A stretch of DNA of 64,000 nucleotides from Candidatus Eiseniibacteriota bacterium (GTDB taxonomy: Bacteria > Eisenbacteria > RBG-16-71-46 > CAVPCR01), in NCBI GenBank assembly GCA_963823555.1, contig CAWGMA010000003.1, positions 128,001 through 192,000 of the forward strand, read 5' to 3'. The position numbers were made by a program, and so were the translations under genes. Below, piece by piece: positions 1-8,638 of the stretch (within the stretch, counting starts at the first letter, position 1; every line of letters starts with the position of its first letter). Under the pieces are notes generated by a model, which was not told the origin of the DNA, did no database searches, and worked only from the letters and a program-made list of their open reading frames with translations.

Positions 1-458
1 AAGAGGGTGAGCGCGCAGAGGAACGGGGCCAGTGATTCGATCATCAGGCTCCCCTCGTGAAAGACGAAGGGGGCGTAGAGTGCCGCGCCGATTCCCGCCG
101 CGAGGCCGACCCGCCGATCGAAGAGCCGGGCCCCGATCACGACCAGCAGCACGGGGAGGAGACTCCCGAGGATGTGCTGGATCAGATGGACCACGAGCAG
201 GTGACGGCCGATCGCGGCATAGATGACGCCCAGGTAATACGGATAGAGCGGATTGGCATAGAAGACCTCCCGGCCCAGCCACTCGCCGGCGGCGATGCGC
301 TGGGCCCACAGGTCGTAGAGGCGAGGATCGAGGAGCGGATGCTCGAGGAAGGGGGTTCGCGCCAGCGCGAGGAGATAGAGGAGCCGGACGGCCAGGGCGA
401 GCAGGAAGATGCTGAAGAGGGTCCGCGCGCTGGCCGTCGATGGCGGGGGGAGATTCAT
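1..458 (-). CDS. GT-C fold membrane glycosyltransferase (ArnT/PMT-like, family 39), N-terminal part; runs off the window edge
   Basis: Not in the ORF track; translated by hand from ATG 458, which overlaps the LysR stop (ATGA): MNLPPPSTASARTLFSIFLLALAVRLLYL...PLLDPRLYDLWAQRIAAGEW...FYANPLYPYYLG...IGARLFDRRVGLAAG...YAPFVFHEGSLMIE. This is the typical TM1, D-x-x-Y loop and P-L-Y-P pattern. Confidence 0.75.
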   Translation of the reverse strand, partial: MNLPPPSTASARTLFSIFLLALAVRLLYLLALARTPFLEHPLLDPRLYDLWAQRIAAGEWLGREVFYANPLYPYYLGVIYAAIGRHLLVVHLIQHILGSLLPVLLVVIGARLFDRRVGLAAGIGAALYAPFVFHEGSLMIESLAPFLCALTL

Positions 459-1339
459 GCCGTGGGTTTGGCGGTCAGGAGCTCGATGAGCTTCTGGGTC
501 GCGATGTTCGGCCTCGCTCCCTTGCGGTGGATGATGGCCAGGGGGCGCTCCCAGACATGCCCGTGCAACGGCCGTTGCACCAGGGTTCCGCAGTCGATCT
601 CGTGCCCGACGGTGGCTCGCGGCACGATGGAGACCCCGGCTCCGATCTCGACGGCGCGCTTGATCATCTCGACGTTGTCGAACTCGTGCACCATCTGCAC
701 CTCGACGTTCGCCTGCTCGAGCAGACGATCGACGGCCCGCCGCGTCGGCGTGTGGCTCTCGAACGCGATGAACGGCATCTTGTCGAGACTCCCGATATCG
801 ATGCTGCGCTTCGCGGCCAGCGGATGATTGGGCGGCGCGATGAGGATGAGCTGGTCATGGCGGAAGGCGATGGTGTGGATCTGGGGATGGCGGACGGGAT
901 AGGCGACGATGCCGACATCGAGCGTGAAATCGACGACTCCAGCGTAGATGGCCTGGGCTTTCCGGTACTCGAGCTGCAGGCCCACGGCGGGATAGGTCTT
1001 CAAGAAGGTCTTGAGGTATTCCGGGAGCTCGTGGAGTCCGACCGAGGGAATGGTGCCGATGCGCACCTGTCCAGCCACTGTGGCATCGAGCCCGGCAATC
1101 TCCTCGCGGACCCGGGCATAGCGGTCGAGGATCTCCTTGGCGGCACCGAAGAAGACTTGCCCGGCCTCGGTGGGACGCAGGCGACCGCGGCCGCGCAGGA
1201 TGAGCGGCTGTCCCACGGTCTCTTCCAGCTTCTGGATCTTCTGGGAGACCGCCGATTGCGTCAGGTAGTTCTTGAGGGCGGCGCGGGAGAAGCTCCGGAG
1301 CTCGATGACATCCACGAAGACCTGCATGGCGTCGAGCAT
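455..1339 (-). CDS. LysR-family transcriptional regulator
   Basis: N-terminal HTH 'FVDVIELRSFSRAALKNYLTQSAVSQKIQKLEETVGQPLILR...PTEAG'; 294 aa; divergent from the hdr/mvh operon. Confidence 0.97.
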   Translation of the reverse strand: MLDAMQVFVDVIELRSFSRAALKNYLTQSAVSQKIQKLEETVGQPLILRGRGRLRPTEAGQVFFGAAKEILDRYARVREEIAGLDATVAGQVRIGTIPSVGLHELPEYLKTFLKTYPAVGLQLEYRKAQAIYAGVVDFTLDVGIVAYPVRHPQIHTIAFRHDQLILIAPPNHPLAAKRSIDIGSLDKMPFIAFESHTPTRRAVDRLLEQANVEVQMVHEFDNVEMIKRAVEIGAGVSIVPRATVGHEIDCGTLVQRPLHGHVWERPLAIIHRKGARPNIATQKLIELLTAKPTA

Positions 1340-1388
1340 GGTCAGGAACTCCCGACGGCGTCCGTCATCGGATACCGCTCCAGTTCAT

Positions 1389-1428
1389 CTTTCCTTATGC
1401 AAGAAAGTCATTCAATTAATTTTACTTC
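1389..1428. promoter_or_regulatory. Putative LysR binding site (T-N11-A) in the AT-rich divergent promoter
   Basis: ATGCAAGAAAGTCAT at 1397-1411 is ATG-N9-CAT, with T1398-N11-A1410. It overlaps CTTTC-N9-GAAAG (1389-1407) and is followed by ATTAATTTTACTT. AT-rich island between lysR and the operon. Confidence 0.6.
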
Positions 1429-1624
1429 AGTTGCCCGCGGCCGTAACCCTCATTAGGGGAGGTGCGTGACGCGCCGCCTTCCTGGCGGGCGTCACCTGGG
1501 GGATGTGCTGTGAGGGCAGGCGGTCCGGGGCTCGAGAGCCCGGACCGCCATCCCGAGGCTCCAACGCCGTCTCCGGCGCCCGCGCGATGCCTGGGCTCGA
1601 GCCGGCACCAAGGAGGTCCCCGCC

Positions 1625-2158
1625 ATGGCCGAGCACGAGCCCGCAGGACTCACCGCGCTCGAAGCCCTGGGTGTCGCCATTCGGGCCGAAGTCGATGCCC
1701 ACAAGATCTACGAGGAGCTCGCCACGCGGGCCGAGGATCCCCTCGTTCGCCGTCGCTTCGAGCTCCTGGCGGCCGACGAGCAGCAGCACCTCGCTTACCT
1801 CGAGGAACGCTGGCAGGAGGTCGCCGGCACGGTGCCTCTCGAGATCCCCCCTTCCCATCTGCCCAAGGGCATGCAGACCGGCGAGCAGCGGGCCACCAAG
1901 AGCATCGAGGAAGTGATCGACCTCGCCATCGAGGAGGAGCGCACCTCCCGGGAGTTCTACCTGCGCGCGGCGCGCGACACCGACGATCTCTCGGGACGCG
2001 CCATGTTCCGCTTCCTTGCCGACATGGAGTACCAGCACTGGATGACGCTGGCTCAAGAGAAGGATCTTCTCGTGCGCTATCCGAACTACGGGCGGCCCGG
2101 GAAGCTGCCCTGGCGTCTCGAGCCGGGCCTGGGCCACGCTCCGAGAAGGGAGAAGTGA
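1625..2158 (+). CDS. Rubrerythrin/ferritin-like di-iron protein
   Basis: Two E...ExxH helix pairs (AIRAE...DEQQH; AIEEE...MEYQH); AGGAGG RBS upstream. Confidence 0.88.
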   Translation: MAEHEPAGLTALEALGVAIRAEVDAHKIYEELATRAEDPLVRRRFELLAADEQQHLAYLEERWQEVAGTVPLEIPPSHLPKGMQTGEQRATKSIEEVIDLAIEEERTSREFYLRAARDTDDLSGRAMFRFLADMEYQHWMTLAQEKDLLVRYPNYGRPGKLPWRLEPGLGHAPRREK

Positions 2159-2159
2159 C

Positions 2160-2867
2160 GTGATCACGGCCGACCCGACCAACGGCGCCCCGCCGCGTCC
2201 GGGCGAGCTCTCGGCGCGCGAGAGCGCGCTGCGCGCCGCCTTCCTGTCCCAGGTGGAACGCATCCCTGGGGGCGACCGCCTGCGCCGCTGCATTCAGTGC
2301 GGAACTTGCTCCGGATCCTGCCCCGTGAGCTACGCCATGGATGTCCAACCGCGCCAGATCGTCGCCTACTTCCGCGCCGGAGACATCGAGTCGATCCTGC
2401 GCAGCCGCACGATCTGGATCTGCGCTTCGTGCTACGCGTGCACCGTGCGCTGTCCGTCCGGGATCAAGGTGACCGACCTGATCTACGGCCTCAAGCGCAT
2501 GGCGCTCGAGGGCAACATCCGCATGTCCGGGCTGCCCATCTACGCCCTGTCCGAGGAGTTCGTCAAGCAGGTCAACCGCACCGGGCGCAACGAGGAACTC
2601 GGGCTCGTCATGCGCTACAGCCTCAGGACCAAGCCGCTGAGCCTCCTCGGCATGTTGCCGCTCGGCTGGAGGCTCCTGCGTGCCGGCCGCCTGCCCTGGC
2701 GCACGAAGCGCGTCAAGGGGCTCGACGGGCTCCGGCGCATCATCGCCAAGGCCGAGGAGATGGAGCAGATCTATCCGCGCGAAGAGCGGGCGGCGCTGGG
2801 CTATGTGGGCTATGGCACCGTCGCCGAACGGGCCACCGCCGGCGCCGGAGGAGGGGTGCGGGCATGA
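2160..2867 (+). CDS. hdrC: Heterodisulfide reductase subunit C-like (2x[4Fe-4S])
   Basis: CIQCGTCSGSCP and WICASCYACTVRCP motifs; stop overlaps the hdrB start. Confidence 0.93.
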   Translation: MITADPTNGAPPRPGELSARESALRAAFLSQVERIPGGDRLRRCIQCGTCSGSCPVSYAMDVQPRQIVAYFRAGDIESILRSRTIWICASCYACTVRCPSGIKVTDLIYGLKRMALEGNIRMSGLPIYALSEEFVKQVNRTGRNEELGLVMRYSLRTKPLSLLGMLPLGWRLLRAGRLPWRTKRVKGLDGLRRIIAKAEEMEQIYPREERAALGYVGYGTVAERATAGAGGGVRA

Positions 2868-3739
2868 AGTACACCTATTATCCGGGCTGCAGTCTCGAGG
2901 GCTCGTGCACTCCCTACGATCGTTCGTTGCGCAAGGTGATGGAGCTCCTCGGCCATGAGCTCGTGGAGCTCGAGGACTGGAACTGCTGCGGGGCCACGAT
3001 GTACATGTCGGTCCGCGAGACCGTGGCCCTCTCGGTCTCGGCGCGGAACCTGGCCCTCGCCGAGCAAGTTGGAGCGCCCCTCGTGGCACCCTGCAGTGCC
3101 TGTTACACGACGCTGCTCAAGACCAACCGCTACCTGCGGGAGGTCCCCGGTCTGCGCGCGGAGGTCGATGCGGCCCTCAAGGAAGCTGGCCTCTCCTACA
3201 AGCAGACGGTGAGCGTCCGCCATCCGCTCGACATCATCGTCAACGACATCGGGGCCGGTGCGGTGGCGCGGCGCGCGGTGCGGAACCTCAATGGGCTCAA
3301 GATCGCTCCCTACTACGGTTGCCAGATCGTGCGTCCGGAGCCGGCCTTCGACGATCGCGACTGGCCGACCACGATGGATGACCTGTTCGCCGCGTTGGGC
3401 GGGGAGTGCATCTACTTCCCGGACCGCGTGCGTTGCTGCGGCGGCATGTTGATGACGACCTACCCGGAGGTGGGAGCCGAGCTCACCCACGACATCCTCG
3501 ACTGCGCCATGAGCCACGGCGCCGAGGTGATCGTGACCACCTGTCCGCTCTGTCACATGAATCTCGAGACCATGCAGCTGGGCAAGCAGAAGCGGAACGG
3601 CCACCGGCCGCTTCCGATCCTCTTCTTCACCCAGCTCCTCGGTCTCGCTCTCGGGGCGAGCCCCGAGGAGATGGATCTTCACAAGAGCCTGTTGCCACTC
3701 GGCGAGCGGCTCACGGCCCTAGCAGGAGCCTCACGATGA
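2864..3739 (+). CDS. hdrB: Heterodisulfide reductase subunit B (two CCG domains)
   Basis: Real start is ATG 2864 (MKYTYYPGCSL) inside track ORF 2297..3739. CCG motifs YPGC..NCCG..PCSAC and YYGC..RCCGG..TCPLC. Confidence 0.95.
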   Translation: MKYTYYPGCSLEGSCTPYDRSLRKVMELLGHELVELEDWNCCGATMYMSVRETVALSVSARNLALAEQVGAPLVAPCSACYTTLLKTNRYLREVPGLRAEVDAALKEAGLSYKQTVSVRHPLDIIVNDIGAGAVARRAVRNLNGLKIAPYYGCQIVRPEPAFDDRDWPTTMDDLFAALGGECIYFPDRVRCCGGMLMTTYPEVGAELTHDILDCAMSHGAEVIVTTCPLCHMNLETMQLGKQKRNGHRPLPILFFTQLLGLALGASPEEMDLHKSLLPLGERLTALAGASR

Positions 3740-6700
3740 AGAACGGCGACGAACGGCGGATCGGATTCTTCATCTGTCACTGCGGCACCAACATCGCGGG
3801 CACGGTGGATGTCGAGACCATCGCCCGGCAGATCGGCGAGCTGCCCGGTGTCGTCGTGGCCCGCGATTACCAGTTCATGTGCTCGCAGCCCGGGCAGGAT
3901 CTCATCGGCCAGGACATCCGGGAGCGGGGGGTGAACCGCGTCGTGGTCGCGGCCTGTTCCCCGCAGATGCACGAGCTCACGTTCCGCGGCGCCTGTGATC
4001 GAGCCGGGCTGAACGCGTTCCTCTTCCACATGGCCAACGTGCGCGAGCATTGCGCCTGGGTGCACAGCGATCGCGCCGCCGCAACACGCAAGGCGCTGGC
4101 TCTGTCCCACGCCGCGGTGCGGCGGGTCGCCCACCAGGAGCCGCTCTTTGCCTCGACCGCCAAGATCAATCCCAACACCATGGTGATCGGCGCCGGCATC
4201 GCGGGCATCCAGGCCGCTCTCGACCTGGCCGAGGCCGGGCACGAGGTCTATCTCGTCGAGCGCGAGTCGACGATCGGCGGGAACATGGCGCGCTTCGACA
4301 AGACGTTCCCCACGCTCGATTGCTCCTCCTGCATCCTGACGCCGAAGATGGTGTCGGTGAGCCATCGCGAGAACATCCACATTCTTACCCAGAGTCAGGT
4401 CGAGGAGGTGGCCGGCTATGCCGGCAACTTCCAGGTGCAGGTGCGGAAGCGCTCGCGCTACGTCACCGACAAGTGCACATCCTGCCAGGAATGCGAGAAG
4501 GTGTGCCCGGTCCGCGTGCCCAATCCTTTCGACCTGGGGCTCAAGACCCGCACCGCCATCCACAAGGCATTCCCCCAGGCGGTGCCCAACACCTATCTGA
4601 TCGAGAAGCAGGAGCGACCGCCGTGCCGCGAGGCCTGCCCCATCGGGCAGGAAGCGGCGGGGTACATCGCTCTCATCGCCGAGCGGCGCTTTGCCGAGGC
4701 GGCGGAGCTCATTCGCATGCGGAACCCGTTGCCCGCGATCTGCGGGCGCGTCTGCTATCACCCCTGCGAGTCCGAGTGCAACCGCGGGTTCGTCGACGAG
4801 CCGGTCTCGATCCAGCACCTGAAGCGCTTCGCGCTCGACTGGCAGCACGAGCACAACGGTCACGGCGAGCTGGAGCCAAAGGGCGGGATCACGGAACACG
4901 ACAAGGTGGCGATCATCGGCAGCGGCCCGGCGGGGCTCGCCTGCGCGCATGACCTGGCCATCCGCGGCTACCGCCCCGTCGTCTTCGAGCAGCATCACGT
5001 CATCGGCGGCATGCTGGCCGTCGGCATCCCGTCGTATCGCCTGCCGCGCGAGAAGCTGGAGGAGGATATCGACTTCATCCGCCAGCTCGGGGTCGAGTTC
5101 CGTCTCGGAGTCACCGTGGGCCGGGATCTGACCCTCGACGAGGTGTGGAACGAGGGTGTGAAGGCCATCTTCATCGCCAGCGGAGCGCATCACGGGATCG
5201 CGCTCGGGATCCCCGGCGAGGATCTGCCGGGTGTCCTCCAGGGCGTGAACTTCCTCCGGCGCTGCGCGCTCGGAATCAAGCAACCTGTGGGCAAGAACGT
5301 GGCGGTGATCGGTGGTGGCAACACCGCCGTCGACGCGGCGCGAACGGTGCTGCGCGAGGGGGCGGAGCGGGTGACGATTCTCTACCGCCGGACCCGCGCC
5401 GAGATGCCGGCGGTCGAGCACGAGATCGTGGATGCGGAAGCCGAGGGTGTGCGCTTCGCGTATCTCACCGCGCCGGTGGAGGCCATCGGCGAGCACGGTC
5501 GGCTGGTCGGCCTGCGCTGCGTGCGCATGGAGCTCGGTGAGCCCGATGCCTCCGGGCGGCGGCGCCCGGTGCCGGTCACCGGCTCGGAGCACGACCTCGC
5601 CTTCGACATGGTGATCGCTGCCGTCGGCCAGCGACCGGATCTCGATTTCGTCGGCCATGGTGACGGTAACGGCAACGGCAAGAAGGCGCCCGAATCGGGG
5701 CTCCACAGGAGCAAGAGCGACACCCTGATCGTGAACCGGGAGACTTTCGCGACCAACGTGCCGGGTATCTTCGCCGGCGGTGATGTGGTCTTCGGGCCGG
5801 CGACGGTGATCGCGGCCATGGGCGCCGGAAAGCGCGCCGCGGAGGCGATCGACAAGCACCTGCGCGGAGAGCCGCTCGCGGATTTCGAGACCCACATGGT
5901 GCCGTCGGAGATCCGCCGGGGGGAGGAGTTCCGGCCCCATCCCTACTCGCAGCCCTACACGCAGATCCCGAAGGAGCCGCGGCAGGCGATGCCGAAGCTC
6001 GACGGCGCGACGCGGGCGCGGGGCTGGGAGGAAGTCGAGCTCGGCTACACCGAGGAGCAAGCCGTGGCGGAGGCCAAGCGCTGTCTCCACTGCGGGGTGT
6101 GCGTCGATTGCTACCAGTGTGTCAAGGCCTGTCAGCCGGGGGCGGTGGACCATGCGCTCCGCGACGAGGTGCTCGATCTCGAGGTCGGGCAGATCCTCGT
6201 CTCGACCGGGTTCAGCCTCTTCGATCCGCGGCGCATGGCGCAATACGGCTATGGCAAGCTCGACAACGTGGTCACGAGCCTCGAGTTCGAGCGCATGCTG
6301 TCGGCCACCGGTCCCACGGGGGGCAAGGTGCTCCTCAAGAACGGGCAGGCGCCGCGCGCCGTCGCCATCGTCCACTGTGTCGGCTCGCGCGACGAGAACT
6401 ACAACCGCTACTGCTCGCGCGTCTGCTGCATGTATGCGCTCAAGTTCGCGCATCTGGTCCACGATCGTACCGACGCCGAGATCTACCAGTTCTACATCGA
6501 CATGCGGGCCTTCGGGAAGGGCTACGAGGAGTTCTTCGGGCGCGTGCTCGAGGAGGGAACCAACGTCATCCGCGGCAAGGTGGCCGAAGTCATCGCCGCG
6601 CCGCATGTGGCGCCGGGCGAGGGCTTTCTCCTGGTGCGCGCCGAGGACACGCTTCTCGGCAAGTTCCGCGAGATCCCGGTCGACATGGTCATCCTCTGCT

Positions 6701-7176
6701 GCGGCCTCGAGCCGGCCACCGGATCGGCCGAGCTCCGGCACCTCCTGCGGCTGAGCCAGAGCCCGGACGGCTTCCTGCTCGAGCGGCATCCGAAGCTCGA
6801 TCCGACCGGGACCGCGAGCGACGGCATCACCATCGCCGGGTGCGCGCAGGGGCCGAAGGACATTCCGGACACGGTGGCCCAGGCCTCGGCTGCCGCATCG
6901 CGCATGCTCGGTTTGATCGCGCGGGGTGAGCTCATGATCGATCCGGTCAAGGCCGAGGTCGATGCCACGCTCTGCGGCGGCTGCCGTACCTGCAACAACC
7001 TCTGCCCGTACAACGCGGTGCACTGGAACGAGGAGAAGAAGGTCGCCGAGGTGGTGGAAGCCCTGTGCAAGGGCTGCGGCACCTGTGTGGCGGCCTGCCC
7101 GGCCGGCGCGATCTCGGGCAAGGGCTTCACCGATGACCAGATCTATGCCGAGATCGAAGGCATCCTGGCGGTATAG
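3736..7176 (+). CDS. hdrA: Large HdrA-family flavoprotein (about 1146 aa) with an inserted GltD/NfnB-like FAD/NAD(P)H module (HdrL-type architecture)
   Basis: Start ATG 3736 overlaps the hdrB stop. HdrA motifs ICHCGTNI, GAGIAG, DKTFPTLDCSSC, HCVGSRD, YCSRVCCMYALK and a C-terminal 2x[4Fe-4S]. Insert at about 4618-6095 has PPCREACP..CGRVCYHPCESEC, GSGPAG, GGGNTAVD and YRRT. Confidence 0.93.
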   Translation: MKNGDERRIGFFICHCGTNIAGTVDVETIARQIGELPGVVVARDYQFMCSQPGQDLIGQDIRERGVNRVVVAACSPQMHELTFRGACDRAGLNAFLFHMANVREHCAWVHSDRAAATRKALALSHAAVRRVAHQEPLFASTAKINPNTMVIGAGIAGIQAALDLAEAGHEVYLVERESTIGGNMARFDKTFPTLDCSSCILTPKMVSVSHRENIHILTQSQVEEVAGYAGNFQVQVRKRSRYVTDKCTSCQECEKVCPVRVPNPFDLGLKTRTAIHKAFPQAVPNTYLIEKQERPPCREACPIGQEAAGYIALIAERRFAEAAELIRMRNPLPAICGRVCYHPCESECNRGFVDEPVSIQHLKRFALDWQHEHNGHGELEPKGGITEHDKVAIIGSGPAGLACAHDLAIRGYRPVVFEQHHVIGGMLAVGIPSYRLPREKLEEDIDFIRQLGVEFRLGVTVGRDLTLDEVWNEGVKAIFIASGAHHGIALGIPGEDLPGVLQGVNFLRRCALGIKQPVGKNVAVIGGGNTAVDAARTVLREGAERVTILYRRTRAEMPAVEHEIVDAEAEGVRFAYLTAPVEAIGEHGRLVGLRCVRMELGEPDASGRRRPVPVTGSEHDLAFDMVIAAVGQRPDLDFVGHGDGNGNGKKAPESGLHRSKSDTLIVNRETFATNVPGIFAGGDVVFGPATVIAAMGAGKRAAEAIDKHLRGEPLADFETHMVPSEIRRGEEFRPHPYSQPYTQIPKEPRQAMPKLDGATRARGWEEVELGYTEEQAVAEAKRCLHCGVCVDCYQCVKACQPGAVDHALRDEVLDLEVGQILVSTGFSLFDPRRMAQYGYGKLDNVVTSLEFERMLSATGPTGGKVLLKNGQAPRAVAIVHCVGSRDENYNRYCSRVCCMYALKFAHLVHDRTDAEIYQFYIDMRAFGKGYEEFFGRVLEEGTNVIRGKVAEVIAAPHVAPGEGFLLVRAEDTLLGKFREIPVDMVILCCGLEPATGSAELRHLLRLSQSPDGFLLERHPKLDPTGTASDGITIAGCAQGPKDIPDTVAQASAAASRMLGLIARGELMIDPVKAEVDATLCGGCRTCNNLCPYNAVHWNEEKKVAEVVEALCKGCGTCVAACPAGAISGKGFTDDQIYAEIEGILAV

Positions 7177-7190
7177 GAGGGAGATGCCCC

Positions 7191-7607
7191 ATGGATAACG
7201 GTGGGTTCGAGCCCAAGATCGTCGGTTTCCTCTGCAACTGGTGCGCCTACTCGGGGGCGGATCTGGCCGGCGTGTCCCGGCTTTCCTCCTCGCCCTCGCT
7301 CCGGGTGATCCGCGTCATGTGCACGGGTCGAATCGACCCCGGATTCGTCTTCAAGGCGCTGGCCGGGGGGGCGGATGCGGTGTTGCTCGCCGGCTGCCAT
7401 CCGGGCGATTGCCATTACCAGGAAGGCAACTTCAAGTGTCTGCGCCGGTTCATGCTGATCAAGAAGATGGTCACCGATTTCGGCATTGATGAGCGGCGGG
7501 TGCGGCTCGAGTGGATCTCCGCTTCCGAGGGTGAGAAATTCGCGCGCGTGAGCAAGGAAATGGAAACAGAGGTCCGCGAGCTGGGTCCGCTCGAGCTCGT
7601 GACGTAA
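7191..7607 (+). CDS. mvhD: [2Fe-2S] hydrogenase subunit delta (MvhD/FlpD)
   Basis: FLCNWCAYSGAD, RVMCTGRID, GCHPGDCHY and WISASEG motifs. Confidence 0.96.
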   Translation: MDNGGFEPKIVGFLCNWCAYSGADLAGVSRLSSSPSLRVIRVMCTGRIDPGFVFKALAGGADAVLLAGCHPGDCHYQEGNFKCLRRFMLIKKMVTDFGIDERRVRLEWISASEGEKFARVSKEMETEVRELGPLELVT

Positions 7608-7621
7608 CGGGGGTGCGACCG

Positions 7622-8638
7622 ATGGATAATCCCGACCGGGTCGAGAGCCAGCCGGCGGCGCCGGCCGAAGCGATGCCGAAGCAGAGGCCGAAGCTCGCCC
7701 TCTACTGGGCGGCGAGCTGCGGCGGCTGCGAGATCGCCATCCTCGATCTCCACGAGAAGGTGCTCGAGATCGAACCCAACTTCGAGCTCGTTTTCTGGCC
7801 GGTGGCGATGGATGTCAAGTACGCCGATGTCGAAGCGATGGCGCCGGGGTCGATCGACATCTGTCTGTTCAACGGCGCGATCCGGAACGCGGAGAACGAG
7901 CACCTGGCGAAGGTGCTGCGCGAGAGGGCCAAGGTTCTCGTCGCTTTCGGGTCCTGCGCCCACGAAGGGTGCATCCCGGCGCTCGCCAACACGACGACGA
8001 AGGAGAAGATCCTGCGTTTCGTCTATCACGATTCGCCGTCGACCGATGCGGCGAACGGTGGGGAGCCGAGGACGCGCTTCGATCTTCCCGAAGGCGAGGT
8101 CGAGCTGCCCGAGCTCTACGAATCGGTGAAGGCGCTCGATCAGGTCGTGGACGTGGACTACATCATTCCCGGTTGCCCGCCCCAGGCCCAGCGCATCTGG
8201 GAGGTGCTCGAGCTCATCATCTCCGGCGCGCCGCTGCCGCCGAAGGGCAGCGTGATCGGGGCGGGGCAGGAGACCTGCTGCGAGGAGTGCACGCGCGAGC
8301 GCGAGGAGAAGCGCCTGACCCAGTTCGTGCGCCCGCACCAGGTGCTCGCCGAGGCGGATCGCTGCCTCCTCGACCAGGGCATCATCTGCCTGGGGCCGGC
8401 CACGCGCTCCGGCTGCGGCGCGCTCTGCCCCACGGCGGGCATGCCCTGCCGCGGCTGCTACGGACCGCCGCCGCTTGTCCATGACCAGGGCGCCAAGATG
8501 ATCTCGGCCCTGGCCTCGGTCGTGGACTCGACGGACGAGCTCGAGCTCGAGCAGATCATGGGGCAGATCGCCGATCCCGTGGGCACCTTCTATCGTTTCA
8601 GCATGGCCCACTCGCTCCTGAGGAGGGTTCAGCCATGA
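7622..8638 (+). CDS. mvhG: Group 3c [NiFe]-hydrogenase small subunit
   Basis: WAASCGGCE, FGSCA, PGCPP and CLLDQGIICLGPATRSGCGALCP..PCRGCYG; start uncertain (7613, 7622 or 7673). Confidence 0.93.
   Translation: MDNPDRVESQPAAPAEAMPKQRPKLALYWAASCGGCEIAILDLHEKVLEIEPNFELVFWPVAMDVKYADVEAMAPGSIDICLFNGAIRNAENEHLAKVLRERAKVLVAFGSCAHEGCIPALANTTTKEKILRFVYHDSPSTDAANGGEPRTRFDLPEGEVELPELYESVKALDQVVDVDYIIPGCPPQAQRIWEVLELIISGAPLPPKGSVIGAGQETCCEECTREREEKRLTQFVRPHQVLAEADRCLLDQGIICLGPATRSGCGALCPTAGMPCRGCYGPPPLVHDQGAKMISALASVVDSTDELELEQIMGQIADPVGTFYRFSMAHSLLRRVQP

Noticed and set aside
3679..7023. Very long antisense or alternate-frame ORFs (e.g. 3679..7023 -, 15269..17584 -, 18798..21317 -, 39540..41687 +, 44033..46576 -, 56220..58604 -)
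   Set aside because: They overlap well-supported genes and have no motifs; long shadow ORFs are expected at this GC content.
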